From: an uncultured Actinomycetes bacterium
Lineage (GTDB): Bacteria > Actinomycetota > Acidimicrobiia > Acidimicrobiales > Microtrichaceae
Length of the DNA: 64,000 nt
Reading direction: 5' to 3'
Assembly (NCBI GenBank): GCA_903925745.1
Contig: CAIYGQ010000218.1
Location: 12,274-76,273, forward strand
The notes beneath the pieces were generated by a model. It was not told where the DNA came from, searched no databases, and saw nothing but the letters and a program-made list of their open reading frames with translations. Both the position numbers and the translations under genes were made by a program. Numbering within the stretch: the first letter of the stretch is position 1; every line of letters begins with the position of its first letter. Below are positions 37,660 through 45,466 of the stretch, piece after piece.

Positions 37660-38533
37660 CGAGCGGAGCCACCGGTGCGACTCGGTGCTCTCCGCAGACG
37701 GGACACTCGGGGGAGCCGAGCACCCGCAGCCACACCGACTGGGGTGCGAACTGCCCCGGGGTCTCGCCGAAGTTGCCGGGGAACCACTCCCACCCGGCGC
37801 TCGTGGAGATGATGCACATGGAGTGCCGGGCGATCGCGGTCAGGGTGTGCGTCCCGACCGGCGACGACGGGCCACCCAGCAGGCCGATCGACAACTTGGC
37901 CGCCACGCTGACGACAGTGAGGATGTCCGCACCGAGCGCCGTCTCGGCCGCCAGCCGTCCGGTGCCGTAGTCCTGCTCGCCCCGCAGGTGCGCACCGTCG
38001 GCCCCGTGCGAGGTCGCCCGCTGCCCGGTCGCGCAGGCCCAGCACGGTGTCGCGCCCGGGATGTTGAGCACGATCTCGCCGGCGGCAGCGCCGCGGTAGA
38101 GGGCGCAGTGCACGACCGGTCGACCGATCGCAGTGGCCCGGTGGTCGAGCGCGCCCTGCGCGACCGGGTCGTCGAGCGCAGCGACCACCAGGTCGACCTG
38201 CTGGAGCAGGTCGGCGAGCTGGAGCTCGAGCAGGGCGTCCAGGTCGCAGTGGTGGCCCGTGACGCGGGTGCCCGGGTCGATGCGGAGCAGGTGGTCGGCC
38301 AGAGCGTCGACCTTGGGCCGCCCGCAGTCCTCGCCGGTGTAGGTGCTGCGCGACAGGTTGGGGGCCTCGACCACGTCGGGGTCGACCAGGGTGAACGACC
38401 CGACGCCGTGCCGGGCGAGCACGTCGCTCATCGTCGATCCGACGCTGCCGCACCCGACGACGAGTACGTGACGGTCGCTGAGTGATGGGACGAGCCCGGT
38501 GATCCGAGCGGTGCGGCTGTCGGGTGCGTTCAC
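37610..38533 (-). CDS. E1-like adenylating enzyme (ThiF/MoeB/UBA family)
   Basis: [37 protein letters not shown] nucleotide-binding fold. Two CxxC pairs (PCWAC; CPVCG). GTG 38533 gives a GTGA overlap with the JAB stop. Confidence 0.8.
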   Translation of the reverse strand: MNAPDSRTARITGLVPSLSDRHVLVVGCGSVGSTMSDVLARHGVGSFTLVDPDVVEAPNLSRSTYTGEDCGRPKVDALADHLLRIDPGTRVTGHHCDLDALLELQLADLLQQVDLVVAALDDPVAQGALDHRATAIGRPVVHCALYRGAAAGEIVLNIPGATPCWACATGQRATSHGADGAHLRGEQDYGTGRLAAETALGADILTVVSVAAKLSIGLLGGPSSPVGTHTLTAIARHSMCIISTSAGWEWFPGNFGETPGQFAPQSVWLRVLGSPECPVCGEHRVAPVAPLGDGTAAGALASFRSGR

Positions 38534-39474
38534 GATGCCTCCTGGTCGGATGGTGTCGGATCCGGACGGGTCGGTTCGGTCTCGGTCGGATCGGTCTCGG
38601 TCGGTTCGGCGGCTGCCGGCGCCAGGTCGAGCAGTTCGAGGGCCGCGACGAGCGCACCGACTCCGGTCGCGGTTTTCGTCGACGCCGGAACCGGCAGCGG
38701 GAACGGAGTGAGACCGTCCCCGTGATCCAGTGCCACGAGCGGGGCGGCGAGCGGGAAGTCGTGGCTGAGCAGCACCCAGACCTGCGGAGCGCCGGACCCG
38801 GGGTCGAAGCAGCACCCGAGCAGGTCCACCCCGTTGACCGAGACGGGCTCTGCGCCGACCCGCCGCCACCCGAGTCGGGCGGTGATGCGTCGGCAGGTCC
38901 GCTCCACGGGGATCACCCGGACCGCAGCAGGTCGGGAGAGCCGCAGCGTGCCGGCGCCATCCAAGCGCCCGACGAAGCACGACATCCGACCGTGCGGCAG
39001 CCGGACCTCGTGGTCCCCGAGCGGCCGGTCGTCCACGATCTGGGTGACCACCGGCATGCACACCCAACCCAGGTGCGGGTTCCGCTCGAGCAGGTGGGTG
39101 GTGACCTGGAGGTCAGGTCCGCTCAACCGGTTGAGGCCGTTGGGGTGTGAGTGCACGACGCCGACCAACCGCAGGTCGAGCGACGACTCGAGCTCGACGA
39201 CACGATTGACGAGTTGCTCCGATGGCACGTACGACACCTCGGTGGTCGCAGCGTGTCGATCCCACTCGAAGTGGGTGACCGAACGCGCGTTGACTGGCCG
39301 CAACAGGGCACCACCCTGCTCCGGGTCCGGTGCGGCCAGCCGCCGGTCGATCCGCCGCAGGGTCAGGTCGGTGAAGGTCGGCACGATCGGTGTGACCGAC
39401 AGGTCCGTCGGCTGCCGGCGGGCGCGACGGGGACGGCCGGTGCTGGGGGTGCGTCGGGAGCTCACGTCGGTCAT
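38530..39474 (-). CDS. JAB/JAMM metallo-isopeptidase
   Basis: Complete JAMM motif: VVELESS..GVVHSHPNGLNRLSGPD (E, HxH, S-x2-D). ATG 39474 gives an ATGA overlap with the upstream stop. Thr/Pro/Glu-rich tail. Confidence 0.8.
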   Translation of the reverse strand: MTDVSSRRTPSTGRPRRARRQPTDLSVTPIVPTFTDLTLRRIDRRLAAPDPEQGGALLRPVNARSVTHFEWDRHAATTEVSYVPSEQLVNRVVELESSLDLRLVGVVHSHPNGLNRLSGPDLQVTTHLLERNPHLGWVCMPVVTQIVDDRPLGDHEVRLPHGRMSCFVGRLDGAGTLRLSRPAAVRVIPVERTCRRITARLGWRRVGAEPVSVNGVDLLGCCFDPGSGAPQVWVLLSHDFPLAAPLVALDHGDGLTPFPLPVPASTKTATGVGALVAALELLDLAPAAAEPTETDPTETEPTRPDPTPSDQEAS

Positions 39475-40379
39475 GCGCTGAAGGGGGCCGGCAGATCGCG
39501 TCGGATGAACTCGATGTAGATGCACCACTTGGCCAGGGCGGCGTGGACGTCCCGGATCGACGGGTGCCCTCGGAACCCGGGTCGGAGGCACACCACCGTG
39601 GCGCCGTTGAGCAACTGGAGGTGGTGCCGGTGACCGGCCAAGTGGTCCAGGTTGGGCGCCAGGCAGTAGGCGAACCACTCGTTCCTGCGCGACGGCTCGC
39701 GGCGGATCAGGAACACGTACTCGGCCTCGGTGAACACGTCCGGGCGGAGCTCCATGACCCACCCACGGCTCTCGTCGTGCCAGTACCAGCTGCAGAGGTT
39801 GTCCGGATCGATCGCTCGGATCGCCCGGATGTCGTCGACCGGAGGGGCGGCGAACGTCTCCCGGGGGAGGGACGTGGTCGCCTCGACGTGTCGGCCCGAC
39901 TCGCCGAACCTGATCTTCCCGTCGGGCGACGTCGTCACCTCCCGTGCGGACGCCCGCCCTTGCTCGGCGTCGCGGATCGCCTGGATCATGGCAGCCATCT
40001 GCTCGGGGGTCTGGCTTGCGAACCGCTCGGTGGGCAGCGACGACACCGGGTGGTCCTGGTGCTCGGCTCCCACGGCCGATCCGGCGTTCCCAGCGGGACC
40101 CGACCCACGGTTGGCCCAGACGGGAGGTGTGGTGATGCGGCCACGGTCGACCACGGGCGCGTCGGTGAGCGGCACCAGACCGTCGCCAGCCGACTCCGAC
40201 GTTCTGGTCTCGTGGGCACCCAACGGCGCGACACCCGTCCGCGGCTGGTCGTCCGGCGACGTCCACACCTCCACGCCGTTCCGGTCGAGCGAGGGGACGA
40301 GGTCGATCACGGGCAGCGGCGGTGTGCGCTCGGCTGCCGTGTCGGTGGGGGGAGTGGGTCGGGTCGGTCGGGTGCTCAT
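39471..40379 (-). CDS. Putative prokaryotic E2 (UBC-like) protein with disordered N-terminal half
   Basis: The C-terminal ~130 aa contain GHRHHLQLLNGATVVCLRPG, a His then Cys spacing like prokaryotic E2 families as I recall them. Sits at the E2 position of E2-JAB-E1 cassettes. Confidence 0.5.
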   Translation of the reverse strand: MSTRPTRPTPPTDTAAERTPPLPVIDLVPSLDRNGVEVWTSPDDQPRTGVAPLGAHETRTSESAGDGLVPLTDAPVVDRGRITTPPVWANRGSGPAGNAGSAVGAEHQDHPVSSLPTERFASQTPEQMAAMIQAIRDAEQGRASAREVTTSPDGKIRFGESGRHVEATTSLPRETFAAPPVDDIRAIRAIDPDNLCSWYWHDESRGWVMELRPDVFTEAEYVFLIRREPSRRNEWFAYCLAPNLDHLAGHRHHLQLLNGATVVCLRPGFRGHPSIRDVHAALAKWCIYIEFIRRDLPAPFSA

Positions 40380-40434
40380 GGGTGCTCCAGTGGGTTGACG
40401 GTGGGTTGTGACATCAGGGGTGCGGGTGTGGTGG

Positions 40435-41187
40435 TCATCGCCAGGCCTCGATCAGGAACCACACGCTCAGTTCGCCCGTCCGGGCACGGCCGCTCGCAGA
40501 CACCACGCCCAGCAGTGCTGGATCGAGTCCGGCGGTGGCGGCGCCGAGCGCTGCCGCTGCGGCAACGGGCGCCAGCCCTGCAGCCACCACCGGTGCGACG
40601 ACCCCGCCGAGGGACACCCGCGCCGCTGATGTGGCGATCCGAAGGGCGCGTCGGGTGCGCTCCGAGGGAGGTGTCTCCGGGATGAGTGCTGCGAGTTCGG
40701 TCGGGTCGATGGTCTGGACGTCGGCCTTCAACGACCCGTCGGGGAGTTCGTGGGCGACGAACAGGCGGTCGAACTCGACACCGAGCTCGACCAGCCGCTC
40801 GAGCTTCGCCACGACGTGGTCCGGCATCACGAACTGCTGCTGGCGCAGTTGCGGGTCGGTCTCGGCAGCGGTGACCACCCACTCGGTGCGCTTCCCGTCC
40901 GCACGCAACGGAGCGCGACCGGCCAGTCCGGGCTTGGCCGTCGGTCGAGCGGTGCTGCGGTCGGGCGACACATGGGCCGCGACCGGACCGCCGACACGGA
41001 GTCCGATCGGTCCGTCGGGAACGGGGATCACGCCGACGGGGGTCACGAGTCCCCCGGAGCGGGCCATGACGGCGGTCGCCCGCCGCTCCAGGGCCGAGCC
41101 CGTGGCCCCGACCGACGTCGAGTGCGACACGACAGGAGTGGTCCGCTTCGAGGGCGGTACTGCCGGGAGGGTGGAGTCGGTTCCCAC
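40435..41187 (-). CDS. Hypothetical protein with Ala/Gly-rich hydrophobic C-terminal segment (first or second gene of the conjugation cassette)
   Basis: 250-aa ORF with C-terminal LGGVVAPVVAAGLAPVAAAAALGAATAGLDPALLGVV..WFLIEAWR. No C-terminal Gly-Gly and no obvious beta-grasp signature by eye. Confidence 0.4.
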   Translation of the reverse strand: MGTDSTLPAVPPSKRTTPVVSHSTSVGATGSALERRATAVMARSGGLVTPVGVIPVPDGPIGLRVGGPVAAHVSPDRSTARPTAKPGLAGRAPLRADGKRTEWVVTAAETDPQLRQQQFVMPDHVVAKLERLVELGVEFDRLFVAHELPDGSLKADVQTIDPTELAALIPETPPSERTRRALRIATSAARVSLGGVVAPVVAAGLAPVAAAAALGAATAGLDPALLGVVSASGRARTGELSVWFLIEAWR

Positions 41188-41190
41188 TCG

Positions 41191-41784
41191 TCAGTCCCCA
41201 CTCGCTCCGAACAGCAGCATGAGGCCAACCGCCCCGACTGCGAGACCGATCAGGACCATCACCGCCAGCGCGAGCAGGCCAGCGGCCACGCTGAGCGCCA
41301 GGGGTACCGCCAGGACTGCGGCAGTGACGTCGAGCAGCCCGATGGCGACGATCACCCGGAACGGGGCCTGCTGGAAACCCCGGGTCACCGCAGCGCATCC
41401 GACCAGTCCGGCCGCAGCCGCCAGTGCGGCCCACGGTCCCCAGCGGTCGACTCCCCAGAACGTCGCGCAGGTGCGGAGGAACTCTGCGACGGGGACGGGG
41501 AGCGCGAGCACCCACTGCATCGCCGGGCGGTGGGCAGCGGCGACGACGACGGCGAGTCCGAGTGCGAGCCAGCTCATCCAGGAGAGGCTCCCGAGTTCGA
41601 TGGGAACGTCGTCGGATCGCACGGAGCGGTCGAGGATGTCGCGAAGCCCGTGACGGTGTGCCGGCGCTGCGGCAGACTCGACGAACTTCTGGGGAGCGCG
41701 GCGCGGGACGGGGGTGCTGGTTGGCAGTCCCAGGTCGCGGCGTACTCGGTCGATCGGGTGCACGTGGTCTCCTGCTGTCGTCAC
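41191..41784 (-). CDS. Multi-pass membrane protein
   Basis: Hydrophobic segments WMSWLALGLAVVVAAA, PWAALAAAAGLVGCAAV and VIVAIGLLDVTAAVLAVPLALSVAAGLLALAVMVLIGLAVGAVGLMLLF. Ends in GASGD. 3-nt gap to the next gene. Confidence 0.5.
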   Translation of the reverse strand: MTTAGDHVHPIDRVRRDLGLPTSTPVPRRAPQKFVESAAAPAHRHGLRDILDRSVRSDDVPIELGSLSWMSWLALGLAVVVAAAHRPAMQWVLALPVPVAEFLRTCATFWGVDRWGPWAALAAAAGLVGCAAVTRGFQQAPFRVIVAIGLLDVTAAVLAVPLALSVAAGLLALAVMVLIGLAVGAVGLMLLFGASGD

Positions 41785-41954
41785 TCGGTTCGTCCCGGGC
41801 TGACTGACGGACGGGACAGCCCGTTCGGTTCTCCCAGGGTCACCAGGCTCCGAGTCGACGGATGTGACAACCGGTCCAGCTCACGCCGGCTCGGAAGGAC
41901 CGGCTGAGATCCGGTAGCGTCGCAGCGTCAGGGTGTGAGGGAGAGGACTGGACC

Positions 41955-43340
41955 GTGGAGCCGTTGGGCAGCCCAGCAGCAGAGGTATCGGGCGCAGATG
42001 ACCCGTCGTCGAGGCACGTGTGGGCGCTCCTCGGGAACAGCGTGGAGCCGGTCGTCTACGGGCTGGTCGCCCTGTCCCCGGCGTCGGTGACGTTCGTGGT
42101 GACGAAGGATTCGAAACCACTGGTCCGGCAGGTGCTGCAGCGGGTGCGGAGGTCCGGGGTTGCACTCGACGGCAACGCCGTGGAGTCGGTCGTCGTGGAG
42201 CCGGACGATCCGGCTTCCATCCGACGCGAGCTCGAGGAGCACTTCGCCTACGAACACGAGCGCCGGGGTGACCTGCTGTTCGGTGGCGGAACGACCGTGA
42301 TGAACGTGGTCGCCGCCTCGGTCTGGTCGGTGCAGCACAGTGACTCGGGGAGCAGGAGTGATCCGGAGTACCGCCAGTGGTACCTGCCGGCCCGCGGGTC
42401 GCAACTGCTGAGCCCGAGCGGCGACCGTATCGACCTGAGGGCTGCGTTCCCCGGGATTGACCAACTCGTCAAGTCCGCTGCGCCAGAACAGTCCAGATGG
42501 GAACCGGAGGCGGACGAGTGGCTCGGACGGGCCACACCTCCCGGTGTCGGTCCAGCTCAGCCCTGGTCCGCGGATTCCCACGTCGGTGCAGTGACCGAGC
42601 TGGTGGTCGCGCTGCTCAGTCGGGTCGAGGACAAATCCTGGAAGAACAACGATTGGCTCAAGGGGCGGCTGGGGACCGCCTTCGACGAGAGCGACTGGAC
42701 TCCGGATCCTCAGCAGGTGTCCAAGGACCGACTCGCAGGCTGGCGCCGGGGGAAGGCCCTCGAACTGGTGACCTTCGCGCTGGTGGCACGTCGGGTCCAC
42801 CAGCTGACCAGCGCGCCCCGTGCCCGATCCGGATCCGTTGCGCCCGAGGTGCTCCGGAACCTGTCCGTCAATCGACTCAAGAAGGGGAGGAAGCCGGCGA
42901 CGGTCACGGAGCTCGATGTGGTCGTGCGGAGCGGTCCTCGCTTCACGCTCTTCTCGTGCGGGGTCGAGGGGGGAGTCCGTCAGGCTCCGCTCGTGAAGAA
43001 GCTCGCCGAGGCCGAGCGTCGCTCCAAGCAGTTCGGTGGCTCCGAGGCGAGGTCGGTGCTCGTCTGGTGGCGTTCGCCCGACAGAGGACGCCCGGCTCGC
43101 AACAACAAACCCGCTCAACGGGTCGGATGGAACATACCGAAGGACATGAGTTCGGCAGCATCTGAATCCCGCAACATGATGGACAATGCGGGCATCAACG
43201 CTCTCGGCAACCACGTCGCTGTTGCGCTCGGCGAGTTCTTTGCGAGGCGGGACAAGGAGAGCATTCGCGAGACCGTGGAGGATCCGGGAAGAGTCCCCAA
43301 ACGTGTCCGAGAGATCATCGAGGGGAGCGTCTTCCCGTGA
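41955..43340 (+). CDS. CARF + restriction-endonuclease-fold protein (Card1/Can2-like)
   Basis: N-terminal LLGNSVEPVVYGLVALSPASVTFVVT and GGGTTVMN CARF loop. C-terminal ALELV..ELDVVVRSGPRFTLFSCG..QFGGSEARSVLV resembles the Card1/DUF1887 nuclease half. Confidence 0.6.
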   Translation: MEPLGSPAAEVSGADDPSSRHVWALLGNSVEPVVYGLVALSPASVTFVVTKDSKPLVRQVLQRVRRSGVALDGNAVESVVVEPDDPASIRRELEEHFAYEHERRGDLLFGGGTTVMNVVAASVWSVQHSDSGSRSDPEYRQWYLPARGSQLLSPSGDRIDLRAAFPGIDQLVKSAAPEQSRWEPEADEWLGRATPPGVGPAQPWSADSHVGAVTELVVALLSRVEDKSWKNNDWLKGRLGTAFDESDWTPDPQQVSKDRLAGWRRGKALELVTFALVARRVHQLTSAPRARSGSVAPEVLRNLSVNRLKKGRKPATVTELDVVVRSGPRFTLFSCGVEGGVRQAPLVKKLAEAERRSKQFGGSEARSVLVWWRSPDRGRPARNNKPAQRVGWNIPKDMSSAASESRNMMDNAGINALGNHVAVALGEFFARRDKESIRETVEDPGRVPKRVREIIEGSVFP

Positions 43341-45466
43341 GTCACAGGTTGCTGCACGTCCTGGGGGCCGGTGACCTGGGTGTCGGTCCGGTCGAGTACC
43401 CCACCACCCTGCAGGACCTCGAGGAGCAGCTGGCCACGGGTGATCGGCCCGGGGTGCTGGTCGAACTGGGCCGCACGCGCTCGGAGGTCGAACACCGTGC
43501 CGGTCCACCCCTGATCCGAGTGCTCCGCGAGCTCGACCACACCGAGGTGCTGCTGGTCGCCACCAACCAGGATCATCCCGGCGACACCATCGGTCACGCC
43601 CGGATCTTGGAGGGCCTCACCGTCGACGAGTGGACGCAACTCGTCGGCCGTCCGATCACCGTCACGATCGTGGAGTGCCGCGCGTTCTCGCTCGGCGAGT
43701 TCGTCGAGCGTGTCTCGGGAGCCGTGGCTTCCCTGGACGGGGAGTCGTCGCTGGATCTGGTGCTCTCGGGTGCGGTCCAGATGGTCGTGTGGACCTTCCT
43801 GGGTGCGGTGGCGGGTTCGCAACTGCCCATGCTCCTCGACCCGCACGGTCAGCAACTGCAGCGGGTGACCCTGGACGTCGACGACGGCCTGGTCCCCCTG
43901 CTCGCCCGGCTGCGGCAGTTCCGCGCCATTGCGCAGCTGGACCCCGCCGAGTGGCCGTCCGGTGCGACTCAGGTCGATCTGGAACTGGCCGAGGACGCCG
44001 TTGCGCTTGTCGATCCTGTGCCGGGTGACCTGGACGAGCAGGTCCGCCGTCTCGCCCGGTCCATGTACGCACGACTCGACCGGGGCGACCACTCGGGCAT
44101 CTCCCTGATCCGGCCGGTGCTCCAGGCCGCCTATGCGCTCCGTCACGGAATCGTGTCGAATCCGGCCAACCCTCCCGTCCGTCTGCAGACCGACGCCATG
44201 ACCGATCAGCTCTTCGGCCGGCGGCGGCTCGGGCGTCAGGAGCGCATGGAACGTGCTGCGCTCGAGCCACTGCTCGACTGGGCCGACAGGAGCGCATCGG
44301 TGCTGTCGGATTTCCTCCCGGAGGAGCTCAGATCCCGGGCGCACTGGGTATCGGACCGACTCTCGGTCGACCGGATCCACCGCTTCGTGCCGTTCCCACG
44401 CCAGTCGGATCCCGTGTTCGGACGGCTCGGATTCCCCGGGTGGCCCGCTGTTCGTTCGGGGACACCAGAGTTCGTGGACCTCCCCGAAGGCATCGACGAG
44501 GACATGCCGGCCGCTGACGAGCTGTGGTTCGGCGACGACGAGCAGGCCTGGTCGTCGGTCCCGTACGCACTCGTGCTGATGGCGGTGGGCGAGCGTGACT
44601 ACGCGCCGATGCACGAGGCGATCCTGCGGGCGTTGTCCTACCCGGACGTGGTGATCTTCCCGTCAGCGGTGACGCAGGCCACTCTGGATCCGGCGCACCG
44701 ACAGCACATCGGTGCGCTGCTCGATCCCGGCGACGTCGTCGCCAACCTGACCAAGGTCACCAACGGGCTGCTGAGTCGGAGACCGCAGCCCAGTGCCGCT
44801 GATCGGGTCGTGGTGGCTGTGGGACCGGGGACCCTGGCGATGAACTTCGCGCTGATCGTCGGTGGTCTGGACTACGCCCAGCGCAACGGTCTGCCCTTCC
44901 ACGTCGCCTCACTCCAACGGGTCGGTCCCGGCGGAGCAGGCGGTCTCGAGAGCCAGTTCGTCGTGGACCGCGACCGGGCTGCGGCCCGGCTCGTCAGCGA
45001 CGACCGGTTGGCCGGAGTGATCGTGGGACTCGTGCGACGGCTCCGGTTCGACCTGGCGCTCGAGGTGGTGCGGTCACGGGGGTCGATCGATCTGGAACGC
45101 CGCGTGGCGGCGAGGATCGAGGACCTGCGGGACCGGGTCTTCGGGGGAGACCACACGGTCGCCAACCTGGCGGCGCGTCTGGTCGTCCTGGAGTCGACAG
45201 CGGTGCACGATCCGTGGTGGTCCGTGTTGGCTGCGTGCGAGTTGGTCCAGCGCGCGCTCGACAACGATCGACGTGACCAGCGGACGTTCCGGGACTCGTC
45301 CCTGTGGCGCTTCGGGAACCTGGGACCGTTCGGGAGCGATCCGCACGCTGATCCGACGAATGTCGGGGAGGGCACCGCAGCGGAGGTGATCGTCCGCTAC
45401 CGGCGGGACGCAGACCTGCCGGCGGATCGCACGCTGTTGGACGAGGTCGCCGGCTTCTCCGTGTGA
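43337..45466 (+). CDS. Protein with two Rossmann/CARF-like units, effector domain unassigned
   Basis: LLHVLGAG..VLLVATNQD..LDLVLSGAVQM, and a second unit YALVLMAVGERD..VVVAVGPGTLAMN. GTGA overlaps with both neighbours. Confidence 0.45.
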   Translation: MSHRLLHVLGAGDLGVGPVEYPTTLQDLEEQLATGDRPGVLVELGRTRSEVEHRAGPPLIRVLRELDHTEVLLVATNQDHPGDTIGHARILEGLTVDEWTQLVGRPITVTIVECRAFSLGEFVERVSGAVASLDGESSLDLVLSGAVQMVVWTFLGAVAGSQLPMLLDPHGQQLQRVTLDVDDGLVPLLARLRQFRAIAQLDPAEWPSGATQVDLELAEDAVALVDPVPGDLDEQVRRLARSMYARLDRGDHSGISLIRPVLQAAYALRHGIVSNPANPPVRLQTDAMTDQLFGRRRLGRQERMERAALEPLLDWADRSASVLSDFLPEELRSRAHWVSDRLSVDRIHRFVPFPRQSDPVFGRLGFPGWPAVRSGTPEFVDLPEGIDEDMPAADELWFGDDEQAWSSVPYALVLMAVGERDYAPMHEAILRALSYPDVVIFPSAVTQATLDPAHRQHIGALLDPGDVVANLTKVTNGLLSRRPQPSAADRVVVAVGPGTLAMNFALIVGGLDYAQRNGLPFHVASLQRVGPGGAGGLESQFVVDRDRAAARLVSDDRLAGVIVGLVRRLRFDLALEVVRSRGSIDLERRVAARIEDLRDRVFGGDHTVANLAARLVVLESTAVHDPWWSVLAACELVQRALDNDRRDQRTFRDSSLWRFGNLGPFGSDPHADPTNVGEGTAAEVIVRYRRDADLPADRTLLDEVAGFSV

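Noticed and set aside
37610-40266. Extended forms of the E1 (485 aa) and JAB (578 aa) ORFs, and the alternative 37656-38657 frame.
   Set aside because: The N-terminal extensions are Arg/Pro-rich and overlap the upstream genes. Internal GTG 38533 and ATG 39474 give exact 4-nt stop-start junctions. The 37656-38657 frame has no ThiF motifs.
41785-41954. Divergent intergenic region searched for promoter boxes and operator-like repeats (for example gtcccg..cgggac).
   Set aside because: Only short 6-bp arms were found and no convincing -35/-10 pair. This is not enough to call a regulatory site from sequence alone.
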